64,000 bases of DNA from the NCBI RefSeq assembly GCF_009914755.1, contig NC_060945.1. One strand, given 5' to 3'. The position numbers were made by a program, and so were the translations under genes. Source of the stretch: the human T2T-CHM13v2.0 reference genome, Homo sapiens. Shown in pieces: positions 24,008-37,737 of the stretch (positions are counted from its first letter, which is position 1; each line of letters begins with the position of its first letter). The notes beneath the pieces were generated by a model. It had not been told where the DNA came from, searched no databases, and worked only from the letters and a program-made list of their open reading frames with translations.

Positions 24008-25370
24008 GCCGACTGGCGCCGGCGCGTTCTGGCGACAGGGGAGCCAGGGGCCGCGGGGAAGCGAGGACTGGCCTGCGCTGGGCTCGGGAGCTCTGTCGCG
24101 AGGAGGGGCGCAGGACCATGGACTGGGGGTGGGGCATGGTGGGGATTCCAGCATCTGCGAACCCAAGCAATGGGGGCGCCCACAGAGCAGTGGGGAGTGA
24201 GGGGATGTTCTCTCCGGGACCTGATCGAGCGCTGTCTGGCTTTAACCTGAGCTGGTCCAGTAGACATCGTTTTATGAAAAGGTACCGCTGTGTGCATTCC
24301 TCACTAGAACTCATCCGACCCCCGACCCCCACCTCCGGGAAAAGATTCTAAAAACTTCTTTCCCTGAGAGCGTGGCCTGACTTGCAGACTCGGCTTGGGC
24401 AGCACTTCGGGGGGGGAGGGGGTGTTATGGGAGGGGGACACATTGGGGCCTTGCTCCTCTTCCTCCTTTCTTGGCGGGTGGGAGACTCCGGGTAGCCGCA
24501 CTGCAGAAGCAACAGCCCGACCGCGCCCTCCAGGGTCGTCCCTGGCCCAAGGCCAGGGGCCACAAGTTAGTTGGAAGCCGGCGTTCGGTATCAGAAGCGC
24601 TGATGGTCATATCCAATCTCAATATCTGGGTCAATCCACACCCTCTTAGAACTGTGGCCGTTCCTCCCTGTCTCTCGTTGATTTGGGAGAATATGGTTTT
24701 CTAATAAATCTGTGGATGTTCCTTCTTCAACAGTATGAGCAAGTTTATAGACATTCAGAGTAGAACCACTTGTGGATTGGAATAACCCAAAACTGCCGAT
24801 TTCAGGGGCGGGTGCATTGTAGTTATTATTTTAAAATAGAAACTACCCCACCGACTCATCTTTCCTTCTCTAAGCACAAAGTGATTTGGTTATTTTGGTA
24901 CCTGAGAACGTAACAGAATTAAAAGGCAGTTGCTGTGGAAACAGTTTGGGTTATTTGGGGGTTCTGTTGGCTTTTTAAAATTTTCTTTTTTGGATGTGTA
25001 AATTTATCAATGATGAGGTAAGTGCGCAATGCTAAGCTGTTTGCTCACGTGACTGCCAGCCCCATCGGAGTCTAAGCCGGCTTTCCTCTATTTTGGTTTA
25101 TTTTTGCCACGTTTAACACAAATGGTAAACTCCTCCACGTGCTTCCTGCGTTCCGTGCAAGCCGCCTCGGCGCTGCCTGCGTTGCAAACTGGGCTTTGTA
25201 GCGTCTGCCGTGTAACACCCTTCCTCTGATCGCACCGCCCCTCGCAGAGAGTGTATCATCTGTTTTATTTTTGTAAAAACAAAGTGCTAAATAATATTTA
25301 TTACTTGTTTGGTTGCAAAAACGGAATAAATGACTGAGTGTTGAGATTTTAAATAAAATTTAAAGTAAAG
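24008..25370 (+). other. OLIG2: OLIG2 3' UTR; end approximate
   Basis: Follows TGA; G-rich then AU-rich; ends after tandem AATAAA signals. Confidence 0.8.
25325..25357 (+). terminator. OLIG2: OLIG2 polyadenylation signals
   Basis: AATAAA at 25325-25330 and 25352-25357, with U-rich and UGUA elements upstream. Confidence 0.8.
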
Positions 25371-27523
25371 TCGGGGGATTTCCATCCGTGTGCCACCCCG
25401 AAAAGGGGTTCAGGACGCGATACCTTGGGACCGGATTTGGGGATCGTTCCCCCAGTTTGGCACTAGAGACACACATGCATTATCTTTCAAACATGTTCCG
25501 GGCAAATCCTCCGGGTCTTTTTCACAACTTGCTTGTCCTTATTTTTATTTTCTGACGCCTAACCCGGAACTGCCTTTCTCTTCAGTTGAGTATTGAGCTC
25601 CTTTATAAGCAGACATTTCCTTCCCGGAGCATCGGACTTTGGGACTTGCAGGGTGAGGGCTGCGCCTTTGGCTGGGGGTCTGGGCTCTCAGGAGTCCTCT
25701 ACTGCTCGATTTTTAGATTTTTATTTCCTTTCTGCTCAGAGGCGGTCTCCCGTCACCACCTTCCCCCTGCGGGTTTCCTTGGCTTCAGCTGCGGACCTGG
25801 ATTCTGCGGAGCCGTAGCGTTCCCAGCAAAGCGCTTGGGGAGTGCTTGGTGCAGAATCTACTAACCCTTCCATTCCTTTTCAGCCATCTCCACTACCCTC
25901 CCCCAGCGGCCACCCCCGCCTTGAGCTGCAAAGGATCAGGTGCTCCGCACCTCTGGAGGAGCACTGGCAGCGCTTTGGCCTCTGTGCTCTTTCCTGGGGT
26001 CACCTCTGTCTCCTCTTGGCCATTGGGTTCTCACAATCCAAACCCGCGATGCAAATTTAGGATGTGGCTGTGAAGAGAGATTCTGGGTGGAAATAAAAAT
26101 ACTTTGGCCTTCCTGGTCAAGGACCAGGGCAGATCCTGTTGTAGTCTCCGTGCCCCAGGGCTGGCCTGAGAATGAGCCCCTGAAAAGACAGCGGGTACGG
26201 GCACCGTAAGAACATCCCCTGGTCCAGGGTCCTCTCTCTGACAATATTTTTGGTGGCCACTGGCCACCCTGGAACTGGGGGTGCAGAAGATTTCCCCAGT
26301 CAGAACCCCATTTCTTGAGTCGCATAGCTGAGCCTGGCTCACACAGGCAGGCACCCTTTGCTTAGACTTAAAGACTGCTCCGTCCCCTAGCAAGGGACAG
26401 GCACTTCCTGCTCCTCCAGCAGGGAATGTCGGACTGCTGGCCAGAACAGCAGTGGCCCAGGGATTGGGTGCTGGAGGCCTAGTTTTTCACCGATGGGCCT
26501 GGCTTTTTGCAAAGGCTGGGAGGGATTTGGAGAGGCTGAGCAGCTGGGGGCTGAAGACGGGTGGAAAGCCTCCTGCCCCCACCACCCCAACAGCGCCATG
26601 TGAATCCAAGAAGAAGGAAGGGCAGGGTGTAGTCGTTTTTATTCTGAAATCCCATTTGAAATGAAACTTGAAAAGAATTCAAAACTGGGTCCAGCTGCAG
26701 CCACAGACACACTCAGAGGGACTCCAGGAGGCTGGAACGTAGACCAGTGGGCGCTGAGAACCTGGCCGGTGGGGGTAGGGGTCTTGATTGCAGTTTTGGC
26801 TCTTCCACACCCACTGCCAGGCAGGTGTACTGGTGCAGGCTCTGAGTGTGCTTGGTGTCTGCATAGAAGGACGGTTGTTGAAAGGCAATAAATCAAGTCT
26901 TTCCCTCCACCCCTGCACCCAAGCTTTCAGTAGCAACCAGCCACCAGCCAGGCCAGGCAAGACCAGGGCCTCTGAAGAAGGAGGGGCTGTGTCCAGCCAG
27001 GCTTTGGGCCCTCCTCCATGCCAGCCGCCTAAACTGTGCACCCAGCTGGAGGCCTTGACCACGGTGGGTGAGACTGGAGCAGCTCTGGACGTGGAGGAGG
27101 AAGACACTGGCACACAGTGCACATCCCCTAGAACAGGTGGCTACTCGCCGAGGGTGGCCCTGGACTGGTGGGGGCCAAGGTAGAGGACTCAGCCAGTGGC
27201 TGGGCTTTGATGTAGGGCAGGAGAAGACTGTGTGCAACCACTTTGACTTTGGTGGGCTCTTCATTGGCAGTGGGCTCCTCACCAAGTAGGGAAGGGAAAG
27301 AGGTAACTGTTTCCGGGATCTGCTGCAGTCTTCCCTGCCACACTGCAGTCCCCTCTGGGGAGCATTCGTTGGGAGATTCTCAACAGGCTGGACTGCAGCT
27401 CAGCCTCCTCCCCAGCCCCACTGCGTGGCTCTGCAGCACCCCAGCTGTCAGCCTCCGAGTTTAGAAACTCACCATGCCCCAGGTCTTTGAGACTCCCCAA
27501 CCCTCCTTAAGAACCTGGGAGCT

Positions 27524-27850
<327 letters not shown>

Positions 27851-29359
27851 TCAGCTGACCAGAGGTTGAGGGGCCAGTGGGCAGAACCCGAGCCTCCTCC
27901 TCTGGCCTCAGCACCCCAGGGCATTGTCCCTGGGCTCCTCACTCTCTCATATGGGCAGGAGCCACAGAGAAATGACACTCCCCTGGACTCAGTGTTGAAG
28001 GACTAACCCCTAATGCCCATGGAGTTGGAATTCTGCACCTTGGGGACAGGCAGTGAGCAGACGAGTGAAGTGAACCCACAGAGGTGTCACACTCCCAGTG
28101 AGGCCAGGAGTTTTAATGTGACCGCAGGAAGACATGGGTACTAAAGACACCCGTGGTGATTTGGGGTTCTGACAGCCATCCACCAGGGACCTGCCCTTCT
28201 CATTCCCAGACTGGGATCAGTGAGGAGCCCCTGGGCCAGGGCATTGAATTTTAAAGCCCCCTAGATGCTCTTATGGATAAAACTACCCCAGTGGTGGAAA
28301 ATGTCTGTCTCCTATTGGGGCCGAATCTACCTAGCAATCTGTCTGGACTTCTATTGAGTATTCACCTTGATGCTTCCTAAAAGTTCATCAGGAGGTGGCA
28401 AAGGAGTCCCCCTTCACCTGCCATGTCATTTTAAGTCACTCTTGCATTACAGATTTTGTGCCTAGTATCCCCCTTCCCCACACAAGTGCCCCCATAGTAC
28501 CAGCAGGGGTTATAGGGTCTTTGACAAGGGCCCCACACCAAGAGTGACCATTTATTTAGTCTCCGCAAAACTGTAAGGGAAGCCAGGATAAAGCCAGGTT
28601 ATTCACAGCAGTGGTTGCTGTATTCAGTCCCATCCTGACTAGGGAGAGGGACGTGGGACAGCATGGGTGAGCATGGCCACTCCCTGGTTTGGAGGCAGCC
28701 AGCAGCTCATGGGCTATATCCCAGGGCTAAGCCCCAACTCCCTGTAAGTGAGGAGGCCATTCTAGGCAGGGCAGAGATGGGGATCACCCACAGCTACATC
28801 CTTACTCCGTATCTCTCCTCTAGGGCCCCAGTGATTGCTACTGGCTGTTTGTCTGTGGAAGAGGTTGGAGGTGGAGGACTGCAGCGAGGAACTGAAGAGG
28901 CAAAGCTGGGAGGAGGGAGTCAGGGCCGGGCTGAATCTCCAGGGAACTCAGGATATTAATAGGTGGAGGCTAGGAGAGGAGGCGGATAGCGTTGACTGAG
29001 GTTTAGCCGGGGTAAGGCGGGGCACAGAGAGCTTTAAGAGCCTCAGTTCATTCCATTCTCACTACAACCATTTGAGGAGGGTGCTATTATTGTCCCGTCT
29101 TACAAGTAAGGAAACTGAGTCACAGAAAGGGTAAGTGACTTGCTCAGGGGACACAGCCAGTAAATGAAGGTGGCAAGGTTGTTGTAATCCAGGGCCCACC
29201 CCAAGAGGCCACCTGGCCCGCACTCCAGCAGTCCCCAGACTCTGGCTCAGCTGCCGCCCCGGGAATCCTCTGCTGCCACCCCCTGTCCCCCACCCCGGCC
29301 CCCTTAGGTGGTGCTCCTAGTGCTTCCCCCCATGCCTGGACCCCATCTGTCCCCGACTC

Positions 29360-30410
29360 CCCCATCTGGGCGGCGGGCGGGGCTCACAGGCTTTAGCAAT
29401 TAGCGGGCGCGGGTGGGCGCGCGGCGCGGGCGGAGGAAGGGCCGGAGCAGGTGAGCCGCGGCGGAGCCTCATTAGGGCGGCCCGCACGCCCCGCGAGGGA
29501 CCGTCGTTAGTGCCAAGACAGCTGCCGCTCCTGCCGGCCTAGGGCCGCAGCCGGAATCCCGGGCCACATCCCCTGCCCCGTTGTGCCTTCCACACCTCGG
29601 GCAGTCACTAGGAAAAGGGTCGCCAACTGAAAGGCCTGCAGGAACCAGGATGATACCTGCGCCAGTCCCGCGGCTGCTGCGAGTGCGCGCTCTCCTGCCA
29701 GGGGGACTTCAGACCCTCCTTTACAGCACACCGAGGGCCCTGCAGACACGCGAGCGGGCCTTCAGTTTGCAAACCCTGAAAGCGGGCGCGGTCCACCAGG
29801 ACGATCTGGCAGGGCTCTGGGTGAGGAGGCCGCGTCTTTATTTGGGGTCCTCGGGCAGCCACGTTGCAGCTCTGGGGAAAGACTGCTTAAGGAACCCGCT
29901 CTGAACTGCGCGCTGGTGTCCTCTCCGGCCCTCGCTTCCCCGACCCCGCACAGGCTAACGGGAGACGCGCAGGCCCACCCCACTGGCTGGAGACCCCGGC
30001 ACGGCCCGCATCCGCCAGGATTGAAGCAGCTGGCTTGGACGCGCGCAGTTTTCCTTTGGCGACATTGCAGCGTCGGTGCGGCCACAATCCGTCCACTGGT
30101 TGTGGGAACGGTTGGAGGTCCCCCAAGAAGGAGACACGCAGAGCTCTCCAGAACCGCCTACATGCGCATGGGGCCCAAACAGCCTCCCAAGGAGCACCCA
30201 GGTCCATGCACCCGAGCCCAAAATCACAGACCCGCTACGGGCTTTTGCACATCAGCTCCAAACACCTGAGTCCACGTGCACAGGCTCTCGCACAGGGGAC
30301 TCACGCACCTGAGTTCGCGCTCACAGATCCACGCACACCGGTGCTTGCACACGCAAGGGCCTAGAACTGCAAAGCAGCGGCCTCTCTGGACCGCCTCCCT
30401 CCGGCCCTCC
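29360..30410. promoter_or_regulatory. Orphan CpG island ~4 kb downstream of OLIG2
   Basis: Dense CpG, GGGCGG boxes at 29368-29433. Confidence 0.8.
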
Positions 30411-32080
30411 TGAGCCCTACTGAGCCCTGCTGAGTCCTGGAGGCCCTGTGACCCGGTGTCCTTGGACCGCAAGCATCCTGGTTTACCATCCCTACCCTGG
30501 CTGACCTGAGAGCTGGGGATCTTTTAAGCTTTGTATGCCTGGCCTCACCTTTTCCTCTGCCTCCCTCCCAGACCAGCCCGGCTCTCAGACACCTCTGCTT
30601 TCTAGGCAAAAGTTCTGGAGCCCAGAGCAAGGGCCACAGGTGCAGTGCAGTCCAAACAGGACCACGAGCAATTCTCTCTCCTTCATCCTCAGATTTGGCA
30701 GTAGAAGCTTGTTTTTCAGAACAGGGCTGGAGTGGCCTCTTTGAAACTCTGAACATGTTTCAACTGTAGAATAGAGCCATAATGGGTGATCTTGGAAGCT
30801 CCGTGGGCCAATCAGGCTCTGCCCCAATACCCGAGCCCTCTGGGTGTCCTGGTCCACCTCAGAGCAGAGGTCCTGGGAGCCCCTGCTGGCAGGGAGGCTG
30901 TGATGGGTGAGAACAGCCCTCCTCCGTGTGTCCTCCGTGCACTAAGAGAATTCACTGGCCTCTGCTGAAGCGGAGTTTAGACAGTTCTAGAAAGGAGTTG
31001 TCCTTGGTTGTGGGGCTTCCCTAGGGTGGAAACTGTGGTTTGGACATCCTTGTACCTTCAGGGTACCTGCTAGATATAAGGACTCACAAAAAAATGAATG
31101 AACGAATGAACGAGTGGCACAGTGCCAGTCAGGAGGTTTGGAGAGTGTGGGGAACAAGGTGGAAGTGTAAAAGTCCTGAATCCTTCATTGATGGGGGATA
31201 CTGAGGCCTAAAGGATGGTGAGCACTTTGATTCTATCCAAGGCAGCTGGATTCAGACCAAAGCCCTATACTACAGTGATCCAGGTTACGAGACCTTCCTG
31301 ATCCTCTCTTCTTATGTAAATAGAGTAATTAATAGTAGCACCTGACAACTGTGCTGCTGTGAGGATTAAATGAAACATCCCAGGAGTCGCCCTCTGCATG
31401 GTGCCAGCAGTGAATGGATGCCCTGGGCCCAAGGACCTGCCCAGAGTGCAGCTGCTGCTGGGTGTGGACTCCCACAGCTGAGGCTCCCCCAACCCAAGCA
31501 GCCAGGAATCTGTAGGTCATAGTGGGGCAGTCACCATGGAGACCATGAAGAGGCAGTTGGGTGTGGGGTGGTATGCTGCCTTGGCCAAGCTCTGCCAGCT
31601 GAGTGACCTTGGACAAGAGACATGAGCTTTCTTAGCCTTGGCTTCCTTATCTGTAAAGTAGGGGTGATGCTAGTACCATCTTCACAGGCCATCTGGCCTG
31701 AGAGGGAGAACCTGGCACACCACGCATATCCAATTAAGCAGAAGAAGGTGCCTGACTGCATGAGTGTCATCCCATTGAATCTTCTGGGAGGTCCTACAAG
31801 GTATGGTCTCTGTTACTCTGGGTGACATGACCTGTCCTGCAGCATCACAAGGGGTCTGTATGCCTCGGGGCGCCAAGGAACAACTCAGCACTGTCCCTGA
31901 GCTCTGTACAGGTTCCACTTCCCAAACCCCCCCAACGCAAGGCAAGGCCTCTGTTCTCACCTTTGCATGCCCTGGGGTGCCTGGTACTGAGCATGATGCA
32001 CGGTTAGTTCTCTGGGAATATCCTTTGCATTGCATTGTGGATGAGGAGGGCCCATGCTCTACATGGAAAACAGACCTGGG

Positions 32081-32082
<2 letters not shown>

Positions 32083-32115
<33 letters not shown>

Positions 32116-32392
32116 TGGAGTCTCACTCTGTCACCCAGGCTGGAGTGTGCAGTGGCACGATCTCAGTTCACTGCAACCCTGCCCTGGGTTCAAGCCATCT
32201 TCATGCCTCAGCTTCCCAAGTAACTGGGATTACAGGTGCACGCCACCACGCCCAGCTAATTTTTGTATTTTTAGTAGAGACAGGGTTTCACCATGTTGGC
32301 CGGGTTGGTTTTGAACTCCTGACCTCAGGTGACCCATTCACCTTGGCCTCCCAAAGTGCTGGGATTACGGGCGTGAGGCACCGCGCCTGGCC
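32083..32392 (-). mobile_element. AluS
   Basis: T30 tail; TSD CAGACCTGGGTC / CAGACCTGAGTC. Confidence 0.95.
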
Positions 32393-33004
32393 CAGACCTG
32401 AGTCCTTTTAAAGGAGGGAGCCAGGATCAGAAAGGAACTGATTGAAGGAAAAGTTGCCTGTGAAGCCCAAGCCCCAGCCTCACGGTCCCATCCCCCCATC
32501 CCCCCATTGAGGAGAGTCCCCCCTCTCAGGGCCAGGCCTGCTGTTCCCTCCATCTGTGCCCCTCAGATGCCCAGTGTAAGGGGTGAGCTGGAGAGCTAAG
32601 GATCTGCTTGTTCTGGAATTGCAGCTGGGAGCCTCGGGAAGAAGAGTGGTGGGGCCTCCTGGGAGCTGGGCATGGGGCTCCCCATCAGTTCCAGCTCTGA
32701 CCTCTCTGGGCTGTTCAGGCAAAGGCAGCAGTTGCTAATGAAGACACTGGAGGACAGCGTGGCTTAGTCAGCACAGGAAGGAAATGACTTAGTGCAGCCG
32801 GGTGCTGGCAGGCGACCACAGCAGGGGCAGGCAGCCCATAAGACCAGCACAGCCAGGAGGCCACACTCCCCCGCCCCACCCTGGGCTTGCCTTCTTTGCC
32901 CCTCTCCCTTCACCACCCTCCACAGCCAATTTGCTTGTCATCACCCACCTTTTTGTGTTTAACCCGTCAGCTCTTCCTACCTCATTCACTATTTTTTTTT
33001 GTTT

Positions 33005-33410
33005 GTTTTAATTAAGGTCGAATGCATGTCACACAAAGTTAACCATTTTAAGGTGAACAGTTTCAGGGGCATTGACAATGTCGTGCAGCCACCACCTCTG
33101 TCTCATTCCAAAACATTTTCATCACTGCAAAGTAAAACCTGGACCCACTGAGCAGTTCCTCCTCACTCCCCCATCCCTACCCCTACCAATCTACTTTCTG
33201 TGTCTATGGATTCACTGATTCTAGATACTTCATATAAACGGAGTCATAAAATATGTGGCCTTTTGTGACTGGCTTCTTTCACTTAGCATAATGTTTTTGA
33301 GGTTCAGCCACGTTGTTGCATGTATCCTTACTTCATTCCTTCTTCCAGTGGAATCATATTCTGTTGTGGGTGTCTGCCACATTTGGTTTATCCATTCATC
33401 TGTTGGTGAT
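33005..33410 (-). mobile_element. L1MB-like 3' end
   Basis: AATCTACTTTCTGTGTCTATGGATT...GGCTTCTTTCACTTAGCATAATGTTTTTGAGGTTCA. Confidence 0.8.
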
Positions 33411-34583
33411 TTCGTTCACTTCTAAGTAACTCCTCAGGTCCTGGTATACAACCTGCCACAGTGAAAAGAGGCCTGTTCCAGGAGTTTAAAAATCTACGTC
33501 TCTGACCAGGTTGAGCATCCTCCAGCGAGTTGCTTGACCTTTCTGGGCCTCTATCTACTCATCTACAAAGTGAAAAGCTTGGCAAAGGACATTTCAAGTT
33601 ACGATTCTCTGTGACTTTTTACAACCCTGAAGTCCACCCTGCCACTTGTAGAATGTATTTCATGTCCTCCCTGCCACAGGTGTGTGTCAAGAACCCCATA
33701 ACAAATGTCCCAGAACTTGCACAGTGCCCCCAGCAGATCAGGATGCCTGAACAAATCTCTGCCTTTGGGTCTTAGGGAGCCAGAATCTCTGCGAGATGCC
33801 TGGCTGAAGTAGGTAGTGTATTGTGAGTGATTCCCTTATTCAATATCCAGCCAGACTTTCATCAGTTGTGACTTGGAAAGGAAATGACCAACTAACTTGT
33901 AACTTGTTCAGATCCTCATTATGATATAGTTAAGAGACGCATTTTAAGAAGTGGGCACTAAACTACATAGTGAAGATCCCACATAAATCTGGGGCTAGGG
34001 GTAGTGGAAAAACTGCTATCCTTACTCCTGTAGTTCATCTTCTCAGCCTTTTATCCAGTACACGTTTAATGTGCCAGGTGGATGTGGAGAACACTCAGTG
34101 ACAGCAGCTGCATCAGGTACATCTGAACTTGATGGCCACCACATTACCCCATCCCCTGCTTTAGGCAGGTTAGAAACATACAGAGAAACTGCTTTAAAAA
34201 CATGCTTGTCCTCAACATTTAAGAGCTTTGAAATGGACCCTGATTGGAGTGGGGTGATCAAGTTGTCTTTTCCATTTGAACTTGAACTTAAAGGGGAAAA
34301 AACTTTATGTAGGGAAGGTACCAAGCTCACGATTTACCGAGCTTCCATAGTCCAAAAAGAATTTGAGGGGTTTGTCTGAACCATGTTACAGAATTGAAAA
34401 GTATTTTCATACAATTGAAAGTCAGAAAATGGGAGGCACTTGCTATATTGTTCTAACGTGTTAGCTCGTGGGCCTCACTCATATATTTAATCTTTTTTTG
34501 TTAAGAGAAAGAAGTCATACCTCATGTTTTTTTTTTTTTAACTTTTATTCCAAAAAGAATTTTGGAATATGGAGGCTCTGTAA

Positions 34584-34894
<311 letters not shown>

Positions 34895-34974
34895 CCTCCT
34901 TCCCTTTTAAGACTCCAACTTTCCTCTGGCATTTTCAATTCCCTTGCCCTGCTCAATTTCCCTTTCCCCGTATG

Positions 34975-35135
34975 CTATTTATTACTGATTAATTTTGTTG
35001 TTTATTGTCTGTCTTCCACACTAGAATATAAGCTCCACTGGGCAGAAATATTTGTCTATATTGATCACTGATGTACAATGGTATCCAGCCCATAATAAGT
35101 GCTCCATAAATATCTGTTAAACTAATGAAATGAAT
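34975..35135 (+). mobile_element. L2 3' end
   Basis: CTAGAATATAAGCTCCA...GTGCTCCATAAATATCTGTT...AATGAATG. Confidence 0.65.
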
Positions 35136-36250
35136 GCATGCAGGTGATTTTTGCCACTGAACTGTTTTGTAACTAGAATGCAAGTGACATAAAGCTTCAT
35201 TAGGATTCTCACATGAGAAAATACAAGCAAAAATCTGATCCTGTGAAAAGTGTAGCATCAAACTTCATTTTCCTTCCAGAAAATGCTTTTTAAAAACCTG
35301 CCAAATCTTGGAGGCTGGCCTTTTATTGGTTCTGGGGTGTGGGGCAAACAAGGGATTTTCTGAAATAATTTATCAGTTACTATCAACAAATTTGCTAAAG
35401 CTTGACATATAACATTCGCCACTGTGAACAAAAGCTGCCTCCCAAAGTCCCTTGGGTAGTCTTTGCGCACACTAAAAATCCAGAGCTTGAGGCATAAGAC
35501 TGACCTTAACATTAAATGAATTCATGGTTGGACACTTTGTTCTAATCCTTTGTGAAGCAAACTCCTTGGATTTTTAAAACATGCTATCGGATGAATCTTT
35601 CCAATGAGGAGCATATAAATATCTCCTTTAGTAGTTCCTACAAAGCATCCATGTCAATGTCATTAACAGAATGGGAATGATATTGGAGGGAGTGGGAGGT
35701 GGTTGCAACTTGCAATTCAGACAGCCAGTGAAAACCTTAACATTAAGTATCCTTAAAAAAAAAAAAAAACCCTCAGTGGTTGTATTTATCCTGAATGCAA
35801 AACTGTCCCCTTTGTTGAGATTGGCTGAACTAACTCAGCCTGGAGAACAATGTTGAGGCTGCTGGCGGGCCATGTGCTAATGTGCTCATGCATTACAGGC
35901 CGCAACAGATGGCTGTGAGAACACCCGGCCTGCCCCGCCTGGGTCAGGATGCAGAGCCCAACGCCTGTTTCCAGTGCTGTCCCGCTATGAAAACACTGCT
36001 TCTCTGGGGAGAGGCGATGGCTGGCCTGGGGGAGGCCAGCCATGTCTGTTCTACCCAATTCAAGGGCAAAGGTGCAAGGGAATAATGATCAGGGGTTTAT
36101 TTGAGCCATGTTACAGAATTGAAAAGTATTTTCATACAATTGAAAGTCAGAAAATGGGAGACACTTGCTATATTGTTCTATCATGTTAGCTCACAGGCCT
36201 CATTCATACATTTAATCTTTTTTTGTTAAGAGAAAGAAGCCACACCTCAT

Positions 36251-36800
36251 GTTTTTATTTTTTTAACTTTTATTTTAGACTCGGATACAGGTGCAGGTTT
36301 GTCATATGGGTAAATTGCATGTCATGGGGGTTTGAGGTACAGATTATTTTGTCACCCTGATAATAAGCATAGTACCGGATAGGTAGTTTTTTTTATCCTC
36401 TCTTTCCTCCCACCCTCCACCCTCAAGTAGGTCCTGGTATCTGTTTTTCCCTTCTTTGTGTTCATATTTACTCAATTTTTAGCTCCCACTTATAAGTGAG
36501 AACATGTGGTATTTGGCTTTCTGTTCCTGTGTTAGTTTGCTTAGGATAATGACCTCCAGCTCCATCCATATTCCTGCAAAAGATATGATCTCATTCTTTT
36601 TTATGGCTGCATAATATTCCATCGTGAATATGTACCACATTTTCTCTATCCAGTCCATTGTTGATGGGCATTTAGGTTGATTCCATGTCTTCGCTACTGT
36701 GAATAGTGCCGCAATGAACATATGCACACATGTGTCTTTATGGTAGGGAGATTTAGTCTTCTCCTATGACCAGGATGCGGTGTTTTGAGTATAGTTCTAA
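36251..36800 (-). mobile_element. L1PA/PB (older primate) 3' end
   Basis: Reverse translation HMFIAALFTVAKTWNQPKCPS...HMFSLISGS is the L1 ORF2 C-terminus; T-tail at ~36252. Confidence 0.9.
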
Positions 36801-37623
36801 TTTTTCTTTCCTTCCCTCTGACAAGTTTCTCTTCAATCTTTCCCTGCATCCCAGTGAATCAGTGAGAAAGCAAAACAACCCCTCCTGTCCCCCCACACCA
36901 AAACCAAACCAAAACAAACAAAAAATCCGCCAGGCTTTCTTACAACTACAAAGTGAAGCTACAGAGAAATTCCTTTGGAAACATGTTTGCAAAGGGATGT
37001 TTGTCCCTGTATCCCTACAAATGAGAAGAAAACCAACATTAGCCATCACGTTTGCTCTTCCCATCCCACCCTGAAGCAAAGGCTCAGGCAGGTGTGGCTG
37101 GTCCAGCAGCTCAAGGCCCAATGTCCTGGGAGGGAATGTGGGGGTCACTGGCTCTCTTTAGTTGTGGACTCTACCTACAGAGCCAGGCCAACCTGTCCAA
37201 GCAGCCCTGCCTGCTTCTCCAGCTCATGACCCCAGAGCTGGGCACTGGAACTCACTCACTCGGAGCCAGGTCCCCTGAGATGAGAGTGGCACCTCAGAGA
37301 CATCACCCCAGAGTCACCCCAGATACATGCAGAGACAGAGAAGCACCACAGGCACACAGAGCAATATGGACTATCAACCCCTATGCTCAACTCTCTGAAA
37401 CAGATAAGCAGATGTATGGCTGGCTTGTGGTCTTCAAAGTTGGTCTAAGTTTCCTGGTGTTCATATAGGAGCACTGGGAAGCTGGCATGTGGATTACTGA
37501 TGTAGAATGGTGTCCAGTCTATAGTAAGCTGGAAGCTCCCCACCTGCCTGTCTGTCACACTCAGCATGCCTTCTGTTGATGCCACTGTGTGGATAAGCAT
37601 AGTGTCTCCAGGGAGCCCTGTCA

Positions 37624-37737
37624 AAACGCCCATTGCCTGGGAAGGAATACACAGCAAGTCACTGGCACTGGTTAGTCTATAAACGCCCATTGCCTGGGAA
37701 AGAATACACAGCAAGTCACTGGCACTGGTTAGTCTGT
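37624..37737. repeat. 57-bp tandem duplication (2 copies, 2 mismatches)
   Basis: AAACGCCCATTGCCTGGGAA(G/A)GAATACACAGCAAGTCACTGGCACTGGTTAGTCT(A/G)T x2. Confidence 0.95.

Larger units (their letters stand above)
21350..24650. promoter_or_regulatory. CpG island over OLIG2 promoter and gene body
   Basis: Very dense CpG through promoter, intron and CDS. Confidence 0.9.

Noticed and set aside
22900-24332. Long minus-strand ORFs (201, 181, 207 aa) over OLIG2
   Set aside because: Antisense shadows of a GC-rich CDS; no domain or independent gene signals
36479-36727. 82-aa ORF with protein-like sequence
   Set aside because: C-terminus of L1 ORF2 in a truncated L1
37624-37737. Repeats as a CRISPR-like array (also 50897-50946)
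   Set aside because: No spacers, eukaryotic context; simple tandem duplications
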